A stretch of 31,869 nt of DNA from positions 1 to 31,869 of the forward strand of contig JAAZYN010000001.1 of the NCBI GenBank assembly GCA_014239625.1. Reading direction: 5' to 3'. The stretch is from Myxococcales bacterium (GTDB taxonomy: Bacteria > Myxococcota_A > UBA9042 > PHBI01 > JAAZYN01). A program made the position numbers and the translations under genes. This document shows, in pieces, positions 20,465-28,565 of the stretch. Numbering within the stretch: position 1 is the first letter of the stretch; each line of letters starts with the position of its first letter. The notes below the pieces were generated by a model. That model did not search any database. It had not been told where the DNA came from and saw only the letters and a list, made by a program, of their open reading frames with translations.

Positions 20465-21922
20465 ATGGCAGACGATTTGACGTATCACCAGTTCTTGGGC
20501 GAGTCGCACGACGTGGCGATCGCCTACGAGGAGACCAACGGGCGCCGGCCGTCGTCGACCGACTTCTACCACAACGCGTGGAAGCGCGCGGTCGAGGGGC
20601 GCCCGCACGAGGAGGTCATCGGGCTCATCCGTGGGACCTGGCCAGAGGAGCCGACACCAGTGCCGACACCAGAGCCGTCGTTGGTGCTGCCGGTCATATC
20701 GGGCAACCGCTTCCTCCGGTTTGTTCACGACCCGACGCTCGTCTACGACTGGCGCGAGGTCTCAGGGTTTGGCCTCTACCACCTGTCGCTCGCTGACCGC
20801 TACGAAGACCTCCATGCGTGGCTCAGGAGCATCAAGCTCTACGCCAACAGCGTGCGGGTCATGTTGGCGGTCGAGGGTGGGCCTGGCGACTTCTGGGGCG
20901 ACTACGCGACGAGCTGGAAGAATCCGTTGTTCTACGCGCGCCTGGTCGAGTTCGCTCAGATCCTCGACTCTCACGGTATGCGGATGCACGCCTGCCTCAT
21001 CGGCGCCACCGACTCGTTCGGCGCCATTCCCAATTGGGACACGCGGGAGGACGTCGTCACCGTCAACCACGACGCGCAACAGCGCATGCGGGAGTACGTC
21101 TCGCAGACGGTGGGCACGCTCACGGACCACGTCGGGACCGGCATCATCCAGATCGCGAACGAGCCACATCAGATTGGTTTCGGCACTCACAACGAGGAGT
21201 TCCTCGCGGAGCTGGCCGGCATCGCCCACGCCATCGCGCCTAAGATCCCTATCAGCCTGGGCGACGGCGGTGAGTGGGACGGTCAGGGCGACCTGCCGAT
21301 GTCGACGGCGCCGTCCAACATTCACGGACACCACCCTCTGCGGATGCGCGAGCGCGACTACCACCGGGCCATCACGCGTCGAATCCATCACTTCAACATC
21401 GACCAGGGCGACATGCCGGTGATGCTCGACGAGGATCTCAACATGGGCGACCAGCTCAGCGGTGCGAGCGGGTCCGCGTCAACGGCGGTCGCCTTCGCGG
21501 CGGCGGTCATGGGTCGCATCAAGCGGCTCGCCGGCGGACACTTCCACATGCGCGAGGGGCTCAAGCCGATGCACCACTCCAACGGCGTCGGCGTGGACGA
21601 CCCGATCAACCAGCAAACCACCAACGCGCTCAACGCGTGGAATCATGGCCTCAACCTGGTCCCGATGGAAATCGAGGGCGAAGACTGCAACGCCGATAGC
21701 TGCGGTTCGGCAGGGCCGGTCGACCGTGGCCAGGTGCCGCCCACCGAGAAGCTTGAAGGGCACGACGGACCCATCCGTGTGTTCGGGCTGCGTGACACCA
21801 ACCTGGGCGGGTACTGGGGGCTGAGCATCGGCGAGCCCATCGGCTACAGGTTGCGCGGTGACTTCGAGACCGTCCACCTGGAGCAGTGGGGCGGCTGGCA
21901 GTCTCGTTTCATTCGCGCGTAG
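20465..21922 (+). CDS. Clan GH-A (GH5-like) glycoside-hydrolase-like protein with N-terminal helical domain and Pro/Thr linker
   Basis: GAGGGAG RBS; NSVRV strand; IANEP acid/base motif (Glu at 21161-21163); PVMLDE nucleophile-like motif 90 residues later (Glu at 21431-21433); EEPTPVPTPEP linker. Confidence 0.65.
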   Translation: MADDLTYHQFLGESHDVAIAYEETNGRRPSSTDFYHNAWKRAVEGRPHEEVIGLIRGTWPEEPTPVPTPEPSLVLPVISGNRFLRFVHDPTLVYDWREVSGFGLYHLSLADRYEDLHAWLRSIKLYANSVRVMLAVEGGPGDFWGDYATSWKNPLFYARLVEFAQILDSHGMRMHACLIGATDSFGAIPNWDTREDVVTVNHDAQQRMREYVSQTVGTLTDHVGTGIIQIANEPHQIGFGTHNEEFLAELAGIAHAIAPKIPISLGDGGEWDGQGDLPMSTAPSNIHGHHPLRMRERDYHRAITRRIHHFNIDQGDMPVMLDEDLNMGDQLSGASGSASTAVAFAAAVMGRIKRLAGGHFHMREGLKPMHHSNGVGVDDPINQQTTNALNAWNHGLNLVPMEIEGEDCNADSCGSAGPVDRGQVPPTEKLEGHDGPIRVFGLRDTNLGGYWGLSIGEPIGYRLRGDFETVHLEQWGGWQSRFIRA

Positions 21923-21928
21923 AAAACT

Positions 21929-22046
21929 TTGCGGTCGGCTGACTGCCGCGCCCCGGCGACGTCATCCCCAAGCGTAGCCTCACTGCCGAGGGGGAGTGCA
22001 ATCGGCGTCAGACATGGTCTGGGGCACGTCGGAAGGCCGGCCGCAA
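21929..22046 (+). ncRNA. Candidate structured RNA or cis-element between the GH gene and terL
   Basis: Closing 12-bp stem 21929-21940/22035-22046 (2 G.U), with nested stems 21950-21954/22021-22025, 21958-21963/22004-22009, 21965-21969/21991-21995 and hairpin 22010-22020. No known family recognised. Confidence 0.4.
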
Positions 22047-23825
22047 CCCTTTCTTGGGGGAGGTGCGGCATGGAAACGACGAGAGGCACTGCTGTCTGTG
22101 AGCAGCTCACTCGAGAGGCCATCAACGGACACCCCACCCTTGAGACGGGGAATCTCTTTCCATCGGACTGACGATTTGCCACTGGTTCGACAGGCCGGCC
22201 CGTTCGAGTTCGGCTACATCAGCCCCACCACCGGACTGCACGAGCGCGGTCTGGAGAACCCCAAGCAATTCCTCGCGCACACGTCTCAGGCCGACTGGCT
22301 GTTCTACGGCGGCGCGGCCGGCGGCGGCAAGTCTGAATACCTCATCGTCGAGGCGGTCCAGGTCTGTCTCGACAATCCCGGCTGCGAAGTCGCGCTGTTC
22401 AGGCGGACCCACAAGGACCTGCTCCGGTCGCTCATCATGCGCTTCCGGGCGCTGGTGCCCAAGCGCATCGCTCGGTTCAACGCGACCGACATGTACGCGC
22501 AGTTCTTCAATGGCTCCATCCTCTGGTTCTGCTACTGCGCCACCGAGGCGGACGTCTACAACTACCAATCCGCTCAGTGGCTCATGCTCGGGCTCGACGA
22601 GGCCAGCCACTTCACCGAATACCAGTTCATGTATCTGCAAACGCGCGTTCGGTCGGTCATCCCGCACCGACGCAAGCGCGTGCGCCTGGCGTCCAACCCC
22701 GGCAACCGAGGCCACGGCTGGCTCAAGCGCTTCTTCCTCCGTCCGCCCCCGGAGCTGCTCGGCAACCGGGCGCCGCTCGCGATGCACGAGGTTTGGCGCC
22801 CGGAGCGGCCGAAGGAGTGGGAGCAGTTCGTGCCGCCGGGTCAGCAGATGCCAACGCGCCAGTTCATCCCGGCGTACTTCGAGGACAATTGGGCGCTCCA
22901 GCAGAACGACCCAGGCTATCTCGCGCAGCTCTACCTGCTCGGCGGCGACAAGGGCCGGCAGCTCGCGGAGGGCGATTGGGACGCCAACTCGACCATGATT
23001 TGTGGCAACGAGTGGCGGACGACGCACCGCGTAAGCTCCACCGACGTCGATTTGCTCGCGAGTAGCCGATTGAAGGTCGGCCAGGTCATCAACTGGCACG
23101 TCATTCCGAACGACCTATGGCGTCCACCGAAGGGCGCGACCATCTTTGGCAGCGTCGACTACGGCTACGGGGCGCCGTGGTCCGCGCACCTACACGCGGT
23201 GCTGCCCGGTGGCCACATTCGCACGTTCTGGGAGTGGTACGAGACGCGCGTGCGGGACGAGGACCAGGCGCGGTGGATGCGGGTGGACATCGAGGAGCTG
23301 GGGCTCGCTGACGAGATTCAATGGATCGTGCTCGACCCGGCGATGAAGAACAGCCGGTCTGAGGTAGGGCTGTCGCGGTCCATCATGGAGGTATATGATG
23401 ACCACCTCGGTCGACCACTCGGTATTCACCTACGACCTGGCGCGGCGGGCAGGGCCGCACGGATGAGCCGACCGAACCGTTGGAAGGACGCGCTGGCGAC
23501 CGGAGCCGATGGGTTCCCGAACTGGAGCGTCACGACGGCCTGCCCGCATCTCATCCGCACCGTGCCGGATGTGCCGTTCGATGAAAAAGACCCAGAGGTC
23601 GAAGACGGCGACTCTGAGAATCACGCCTACGAGGACGTGGGCCGGTTCTTCGAGGCGCGTCCGTTCGCACCGCGCACCATCGACATCGAGGCGGTCAACC
23701 TCGACGACGTCTCCACTCGACACCATGCCGCGATTGCGGCGAAACACGACCAGGGCGGGCACCGGTCCTACGGCGTGGCCACGCTGCACGTTCCTGGTCT
23801 CTCACCGAAAGGACCGACGCCATGA
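21996..23825 (+). CDS. terL: Terminase large subunit (start uncertain; TTG 22176 is also possible)
   Basis: Walker A GGAAGGGKS; Walker B LGLDEASHF; LASNPG coupling motif; RNase H-like GSVDYGY...VLDPA...ENHAYED. Confidence 0.93.
   Translation: MQSASDMVWGTSEGRPQPFLGGGAAWKRREALLSVSSSLERPSTDTPPLRRGISFHRTDDLPLVRQAGPFEFGYISPTTGLHERGLENPKQFLAHTSQADWLFYGGAAGGGKSEYLIVEAVQVCLDNPGCEVALFRRTHKDLLRSLIMRFRALVPKRIARFNATDMYAQFFNGSILWFCYCATEADVYNYQSAQWLMLGLDEASHFTEYQFMYLQTRVRSVIPHRRKRVRLASNPGNRGHGWLKRFFLRPPPELLGNRAPLAMHEVWRPERPKEWEQFVPPGQQMPTRQFIPAYFEDNWALQQNDPGYLAQLYLLGGDKGRQLAEGDWDANSTMICGNEWRTTHRVSSTDVDLLASSRLKVGQVINWHVIPNDLWRPPKGATIFGSVDYGYGAPWSAHLHAVLPGGHIRTFWEWYETRVRDEDQARWMRVDIEELGLADEIQWIVLDPAMKNSRSEVGLSRSIMEVYDDHLGRPLGIHLRPGAAGRAARMSRPNRWKDALATGADGFPNWSVTTACPHLIRTVPDVPFDEKDPEVEDGDSENHAYEDVGRFFEARPFAPRTIDIEAVNLDDVSTRHHAAIAAKHDQGGHRSYGVATLHVPGLSPKGPTP
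22070..22171 (+). CDS. 33-codon upstream ORF overlapping the start region of terL
   Basis: Strong GGAGGT RBS (22059-22064) 5 nt before ATG 22070, in a different frame from terL; TGA ends 4 nt before TTG 22176. Confidence 0.4.
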   Translation: METTRGTAVCEQLTREAINGHPTLETGNLFPSD

Positions 23826-24115
23826 ACCTGGTCGAACTCGCCGCATTTCTTCCGCAAATTGTCACCTTCATGCCGACGATTCTCGCGGCCATCGAGACGG
23901 TGGAGGTCTTTCGGGCAGATGACCCTACGGGGAAAAAGCGCGAGGACGCCGTCGTTGCGTTGATGGGTCCAACGCTTGCTTTGCTTGAGGCGCGGGCCGG
24001 TCGCGACCTGGCCAATGATGCAGAGGTCGAGATGTGCCTCCGGTATTTCATTCGATTCCTGGTGTCGCTCTTGGAGGTTGTCGCCAGCACGAAGGCGCGG
24101 TCCCCTGTAGGTTGA
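23822..24115 (+). CDS. Small amphipathic/hydrophobic protein, possibly holin-like
   Basis: ATGA overlap with terL; hydrophobic N-terminus and I...E......G.KK..AV pattern reminiscent of LL-H-type holins (weak). Confidence 0.5.
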   Translation: MNLVELAAFLPQIVTFMPTILAAIETVEVFRADDPTGKKREDAVVALMGPTLALLEARAGRDLANDAEVEMCLRYFIRFLVSLLEVVASTKARSPVG

Positions 24116-24312
24116 TAGCACTCCTGGTCGTGCCGGCGGCGGTCCTGTTCGTGATCTGGCAGGCTGACCGCGTGACGTACTGGCGGGCCAGGGCGACCGT
24201 TGCCGAGGCGGCGTTGGCTGTGCTGCGGACCCAGGCGGGACCGCCGAAGCCGACCGGCGAGCTGCTCATAATTCGAGGGCGGAAGTGGGACGGGATGAAG
24301 AGGGTTTCATGA
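24112..24312 (+). CDS. Small membrane-anchored protein (66 aa)
   Basis: TTGA overlap; MIALLVVPAAVLFVIW TM segment followed by an amphipathic helix. Confidence 0.55.
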   Translation: MIALLVVPAAVLFVIWQADRVTYWRARATVAEAALAVLRTQAGPPKPTGELLIIRGRKWDGMKRVS

Positions 24313-24462
24313 AGCTATTTGCCCACAGGTTGTTCGCACGGTGGTCAACGTGGCGGCTCTCCCGATTGCTGTCGCAAAAGACGTCGCGACTCTTGGGAAT
24401 TACGGCGAAGGCAGCTACACGGCGGCAGCGACGGAAAGACTCAAGGAAGAGGCGAGCGACTC

Positions 24463-25092
24463 ATGAAATATATCGCTGGCGCCGGCACCCGAGACTGGAC
24501 CTCTCCGCCCTGGCCACCACAGGCCGACTGGCGATGGTGGCAGCTCCGGTCGCGGTTCACGCAGAAGATGGCGGTTCACGGCCTGGAGCTGCATGCGCCC
24601 TGGTCGGTGTTCGGTATGGACGTCCCTCCGTGGAGCTGTGAGCTGTCTGGTACGTTCTTCGCCGGCAAGGATCTGCGCGCCTGGTGGCGCGGCGCTGCTT
24701 CGCTGGTGGCCGCGCTGCTGGAGCTGCCGCCCGAGGACCGCAACATGCTGCTCCACTCGCACTGTGGCAACGCCGGCATCCTGGCCGCGTTTCTGATAGA
24801 GGCCAACGGCGAGACGGTGCGGTCGCTGACGACGGTCTGCACGCCGAGGCGGCGCGAGCTGGACCAGTATTCAACCGCGTTGAAGTGCCGGCGCCGGCAG
24901 ATCACCACGAAGGAGATCATCGGGAACCACATGCAGTGGATGGGCGGTCGCTTTTCGAGCTGGTCGATGCCGGACGGGTGGGACAACTACGTGGCGAAGC
25001 GGAAGATTGGCCACAGCGAGCTACTCCGCGACGTCGACCGGTTCCCTGAAGACTTCGAGCACGGAATCGTCGAGTTCATGAAAGCCGCATAG
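24463..25092 (+). CDS. Alpha/beta-hydrolase (lipase/esterase-like)
   Basis: Nucleophile elbow LLHSHCGNAG (Ser at 24757-24759); LTTVCTP strand; late IGHSEL His (25012-25014); purine-rich RBS before ATG 24463. Confidence 0.65.
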   Translation: MKYIAGAGTRDWTSPPWPPQADWRWWQLRSRFTQKMAVHGLELHAPWSVFGMDVPPWSCELSGTFFAGKDLRAWWRGAASLVAALLELPPEDRNMLLHSHCGNAGILAAFLIEANGETVRSLTTVCTPRRRELDQYSTALKCRRRQITTKEIIGNHMQWMGGRFSSWSMPDGWDNYVAKRKIGHSELLRDVDRFPEDFEHGIVEFMKAA

Positions 25093-25100
25093 GGGGGCAT

Positions 25101-25343
25101 ATGCCGAAACCGGGACAGCACAGCGACGAGGAGATCAACAACTGGTTCACGTACCACCCGCCGAACGGGCCAGGGGTCGTGGATCGCTACGCGCGGATTC
25201 GGGCGTCAGCTAAGCGCCTCGCGCTGACCATCCGCGACAACTGCCCAGCCGGCGCTGATCGGTCGGCGGCGATGCGACATCTGCGCGAGGCGGTTATGAC
25301 GGCCAACGCCGGCATCGCGTGCGCGAGTGAAGAGGGGGCGTAG
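25101..25343 (+). CDS. Acb2/Tad1-like helical-hairpin protein, candidate anti-defence nucleotide sponge
   Basis: 80 aa; NWFTYHPP...RY.RIR..AK.LA..I.DNCP....RS.AM.HLREAVM.ANA.IA pattern; AGGGGG RBS. Confidence 0.65.
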   Translation: MPKPGQHSDEEINNWFTYHPPNGPGVVDRYARIRASAKRLALTIRDNCPAGADRSAAMRHLREAVMTANAGIACASEEGA

Positions 25344-25576
25344 TGATTTCAAGGCGCGGATTATTCAAGGCGCTGGCCTACGTTGATGGCCTGGTCAGTA
25401 AAACGCCAGCTCCGCCCCCAGTAGCCCACCTTTTTCTGGGGTCGGCGGGGATACACGCGACTGTGCGGGCTGCGATGGCGTGGCCCGGCTCCAGAACGCC
25501 GTCGACTCCAGCGATGTGCTGGGGCGGTGGTCAGCATTTCCCGTCGATATTGAAGGAGCCGTATGACCAGCGGTAG
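25343..25576 (+). CDS. Hypothetical protein with SRRGLFK N-terminus
   Basis: GTG overlaps the previous TAG; GAGGGGG RBS; low-complexity remainder. Confidence 0.4.
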   Translation: MISRRGLFKALAYVDGLVSKTPAPPPVAHLFLGSAGIHATVRAAMAWPGSRTPSTPAMCWGGGQHFPSILKEPYDQR

Positions 25577-26009
25577 CACGGCGCGCACGGCCAGGCGGGA
25601 GGCGCGGCGCCTCATTGACCCGTCCACGAAGACGCAGATCGAGAAGATGCACGCCACTGTGCTTGACCTGGAGCGCTCGAACAAGGAGCATAATCGCATC
25701 ATCGAAGCGTTGTGCCGGGAGCTCGAACGGCACAAGTCGGTGACGGCGATGCTCTCCAGCAGGCTAGTGGCGCTGGAACGGTGGAGAGAGTGGCATGAGC
25801 ACGGAACATTCCTCGAACGGCTCAGATGGGTTCTCACGGGGCGCCTGGGCGTGGCTTCCGTGGTGCAGCCGCCAGCGAGCAGTGGAGGCAGTATCCCGCG
25901 CGGACGAACGGGCATCCCTCTACCGACTCGAAAACACGAAAACCGAACAGGAAGTCTTGTATTGGAGAAGCCGGGCGGAGAAGGCGCTCGACCGGCTGAC
26001 GCAGAATAG
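25563..26009 (+). CDS. Coiled-coil hypothetical protein
   Basis: AAGGAG RBS; long heptad segment up to TFLERLRWVLTGR; the rest overlaps the next ORF. Confidence 0.55.
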   Translation: MTSGSTARTARREARRLIDPSTKTQIEKMHATVLDLERSNKEHNRIIEALCRELERHKSVTAMLSSRLVALERWREWHEHGTFLERLRWVLTGRLGVASVVQPPASSGGSIPRGRTGIPLPTRKHENRTGSLVLEKPGGEGARPADAE

Positions 26010-26130
26010 CAGCGGCAAGGTCGTCGAGCCGATCATGGCCGACCCGCTGGATGGTACTGACCTCTTGCGCGGGGCGAGCAACCCGCTGAGAGGTCTCGCA
26101 ATGACGCAGGTAGGAGACTCTGACGCATAG
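25795..26130 (+). CDS. Hypothetical protein preceding the portal gene
   Basis: WLPWCSR followed by a coiled coil, a layout often seen just before portal genes. The start is uncertain because of a 215-nt overlap. Confidence 0.5.
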   Translation: MSTEHSSNGSDGFSRGAWAWLPWCSRQRAVEAVSRADERASLYRLENTKTEQEVLYWRSRAEKALDRLTQNSSGKVVEPIMADPLDGTDLLRGASNPLRGLAMTQVGDSDA

Positions 26131-26156
26131 CCTGGGGACAAAGGCGCAATGCGAGC

Positions 26157-28565
26157 TTGCAACCCGTAGGAACACAGACCGGCCATCCACTCGACCAGGC
26201 CGTCCAGGTCGACTACGAGGCGCCCGCGCGCAAGTTGATGCGAACCTGCATCGACGACGCGAGCGGGAATCACGGCCGTCTCGACCGCGACCGCGCTGAC
26301 TGGCTGTCGCTCCTCTATTACCGAGGCGGGCAGGACAATCAGTGGGTCATCTGGGACAACACCTCTAGCCGCTACATCACGCGCGGCACGGACCCCAAGC
26401 GCGGCGGTCTCCCGTCTCACGTTCACCGGGCTGTCTCCAACCACTTCGCCCGCACCATCGACGGCATCTGCTCAATCCTCAACCAGAGCGCGCCGGCCAA
26501 GGTTTGGTCTCCCCAGACGCCCGATGACCCCGACCTGGCCGCAGCCGACGTCGCTTCCAACGTGGACGAGGTCATCCACGATGAGATCGCCTACCACGAC
26601 AAGCTCCGCCCTGAGCTGCACAAGCTCATCACCCTGACCGATAAGGCGCTCCTGGTCCCCTGGTTCGACGACGACGAGAAGTGGGGCATGGAGGGCATCG
26701 AGTTGATGAACTGCCCGGCGTGCAACCAGCTCGTCGAGCCGGTCGAGGCGCAGCAGGAAGCGCAGAAATTCAACGAGCAGCTCCCCGAGGCCGCGCCCGA
26801 GTCGATGCAGCGCGACGAGACGTCCTGCCCGGACTGCGGCGGCGACATGCAGATGGCGCTCGACCCTGCCGGCCGGCCAGAGTTGACCTATCGCCCGAGT
26901 GGCAAGTTCCGCGCAGACGTCTATCCGTCGTTCGAGTTCTCGTTGCCGCAGCACGCGCGAGGCACACGCTCAGACGCCGAGGGCGTCGATTGGGTGCTCA
27001 TTCACTCAGGGATGACCGACGCGCAAGTGCTCGACCGATGGCCCGGCGCCAAGGGGAGCCTCTCGAAGACGTCCACGGGTGGCCAGCTCGAAGACGGACA
27101 CCTCCAGCACCAGTACGCGCGGGCCATGCGGGCGCTTAGCTCGCCACAGACCGCCAGGGCATCCGCGCAGGCGTCCTACGGCTCTGGCGGGCCAGACCTC
27201 AACCTCGTCTACCGCGTCCAGCACGACCCCACCGAGGAGTTCCCGCAGGGTCTCCAGGCCATCATGGTCGGCGACTACTTCGAGGCCGGACCGCTGCCGG
27301 TGCAGGACGACCGAGGCCGGCACGTCAAGAGCTGGCTGGTGCGGAGCTACACCACGACACCGCAGTCTGGATTCGGCAAGCCGCCATCTGACGACCTGGT
27401 CCCGCTCCAGAACACGCACAACATCATCGAGACGCTCATCGGGCTCATCCTGATGCACAACGCGGCGCCTCGCACCTTCATACCGCTGTCGAACCGGCTG
27501 GAGCGCGAGCCGAGTGGCGTGCCGGGTGAGCACGTCTGGTTCTCGACTACGACGCCAGGTGAAAAGCCGTTCACGGAGCAGGGCCAGAACCCGCCACAGG
27601 GGCTCTACCAGTACCTCGCGCTCGTCGAGGAGAAATTCCAGACGCTCTCCGGGCTCAACAGCGTGCTCCAGGGACAGCGGCCGAAGGGCGACCCCACCCT
27701 TGGCGAGATAGAAATCTTGCAGGACAGGGGCATGGCGGCGTTCGAGGAGCCGCTCAAGGGGCTCGTCGCGTTCGAGCGGGATCTCGCCCGGCTGATGATC
27801 TGGATGGCGAAGCGCTCGATGTGGGCCAACCGCTTCCAATCGGTTCAGGGGGAGAACGGTGATTGGGAGATCGAGAAGTTCACACAGGCCGACCTGAGTG
27901 GCAAGGTGGACGTCCGCATCGACTTCGCGAGCGCCTGGCCCAAGACGGCGTCGATGCGGCTGCTGCGGATTCAGAAGGCGCTGGAGCTGGGTGTTCTACC
28001 TCCGGCCGCGATGGACCCAGAGCTACAGGGCAAGATGCTGACGCTCATGTCGCTCGAAGACCTCAAGCCGTCGTTCGACGTCACGCGCAAGCAGATTGCC
28101 CGCGAGCTGGACGTCTGGAAGACCGCCGAGAACCCACGCGCGATCGGTATGCCCAGCCAGCTCAACGAGCTGACGATGCACCTCCACTACAAGAGCCTCT
28201 GGATGCGGACGGAAGAGGCCGAGGAGATGGCCCGCGACCGGCCGGAGGTCTACAACGCGTGCTTCATGCATCTGACGATGACGGCTCAGATGGTTGCGAT
28301 GCAGCAGGCGCCTCCGCCCGAGGCCGGCGACGACAAGGGCGACAAGAACGAGAAAGACGACAAGGGCAAGGGCGACGACGCCGAGGCCACGACGGGTGAT
28401 GGTGGCGGCGAGGACCCAGCCCGAGGAAATGCCGTTGACGAGCTGACCAAGGCCGGCGTGATTCGCCCGGCCGGCGGTGGCGGCGGTGGCCAGGGCGACA
28501 ACGACCCTGGTGGTTTGGTGAAGGCGGGCGTACTCCAACCGGCCGGCGGTGGGGGTGATGGGTAG
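26157..28565 (+). CDS. Portal protein with internal CxxC...CxxC insertion and acidic Gly-rich tail
   Basis: W...L.YY.GGQDNQW...N.FA..I...CS.L.Q..P.....P....D...A portal N-terminal pattern; DDLVPLQ..HN...; SGL.SV.QG...GD.T..EI.ILQ; position between terL and scaffold. Confidence 0.85.
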   Translation: MQPVGTQTGHPLDQAVQVDYEAPARKLMRTCIDDASGNHGRLDRDRADWLSLLYYRGGQDNQWVIWDNTSSRYITRGTDPKRGGLPSHVHRAVSNHFARTIDGICSILNQSAPAKVWSPQTPDDPDLAAADVASNVDEVIHDEIAYHDKLRPELHKLITLTDKALLVPWFDDDEKWGMEGIELMNCPACNQLVEPVEAQQEAQKFNEQLPEAAPESMQRDETSCPDCGGDMQMALDPAGRPELTYRPSGKFRADVYPSFEFSLPQHARGTRSDAEGVDWVLIHSGMTDAQVLDRWPGAKGSLSKTSTGGQLEDGHLQHQYARAMRALSSPQTARASAQASYGSGGPDLNLVYRVQHDPTEEFPQGLQAIMVGDYFEAGPLPVQDDRGRHVKSWLVRSYTTTPQSGFGKPPSDDLVPLQNTHNIIETLIGLILMHNAAPRTFIPLSNRLEREPSGVPGEHVWFSTTTPGEKPFTEQGQNPPQGLYQYLALVEEKFQTLSGLNSVLQGQRPKGDPTLGEIEILQDRGMAAFEEPLKGLVAFERDLARLMIWMAKRSMWANRFQSVQGENGDWEIEKFTQADLSGKVDVRIDFASAWPKTASMRLLRIQKALELGVLPPAAMDPELQGKMLTLMSLEDLKPSFDVTRKQIARELDVWKTAENPRAIGMPSQLNELTMHLHYKSLWMRTEEAEEMARDRPEVYNACFMHLTMTAQMVAMQQAPPPEAGDDKGDKNEKDDKGKGDDAEATTGDGGGEDPARGNAVDELTKAGVIRPAGGGGGGQGDNDPGGLVKAGVLQPAGGGGDG

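Noticed and set aside
21929-22046. tRNA, SRP RNA or cobalamin riboswitch identity for the structured region
   Set aside because: No T-loop GTTCRA or cloverleaf, no SRP core motif, and only vague similarity to the 3' half of cobalamin riboswitches without the 5' conserved elements. Kept only as an unassigned structure.
24309-24641. Very basic 110-aa ORF coupled by ATGA to the gene at 24112
   Set aside because: It overlaps the better-supported hydrolase gene by 179 nt and has no recognisable motif. The first 50 codons might be real but cannot be supported.
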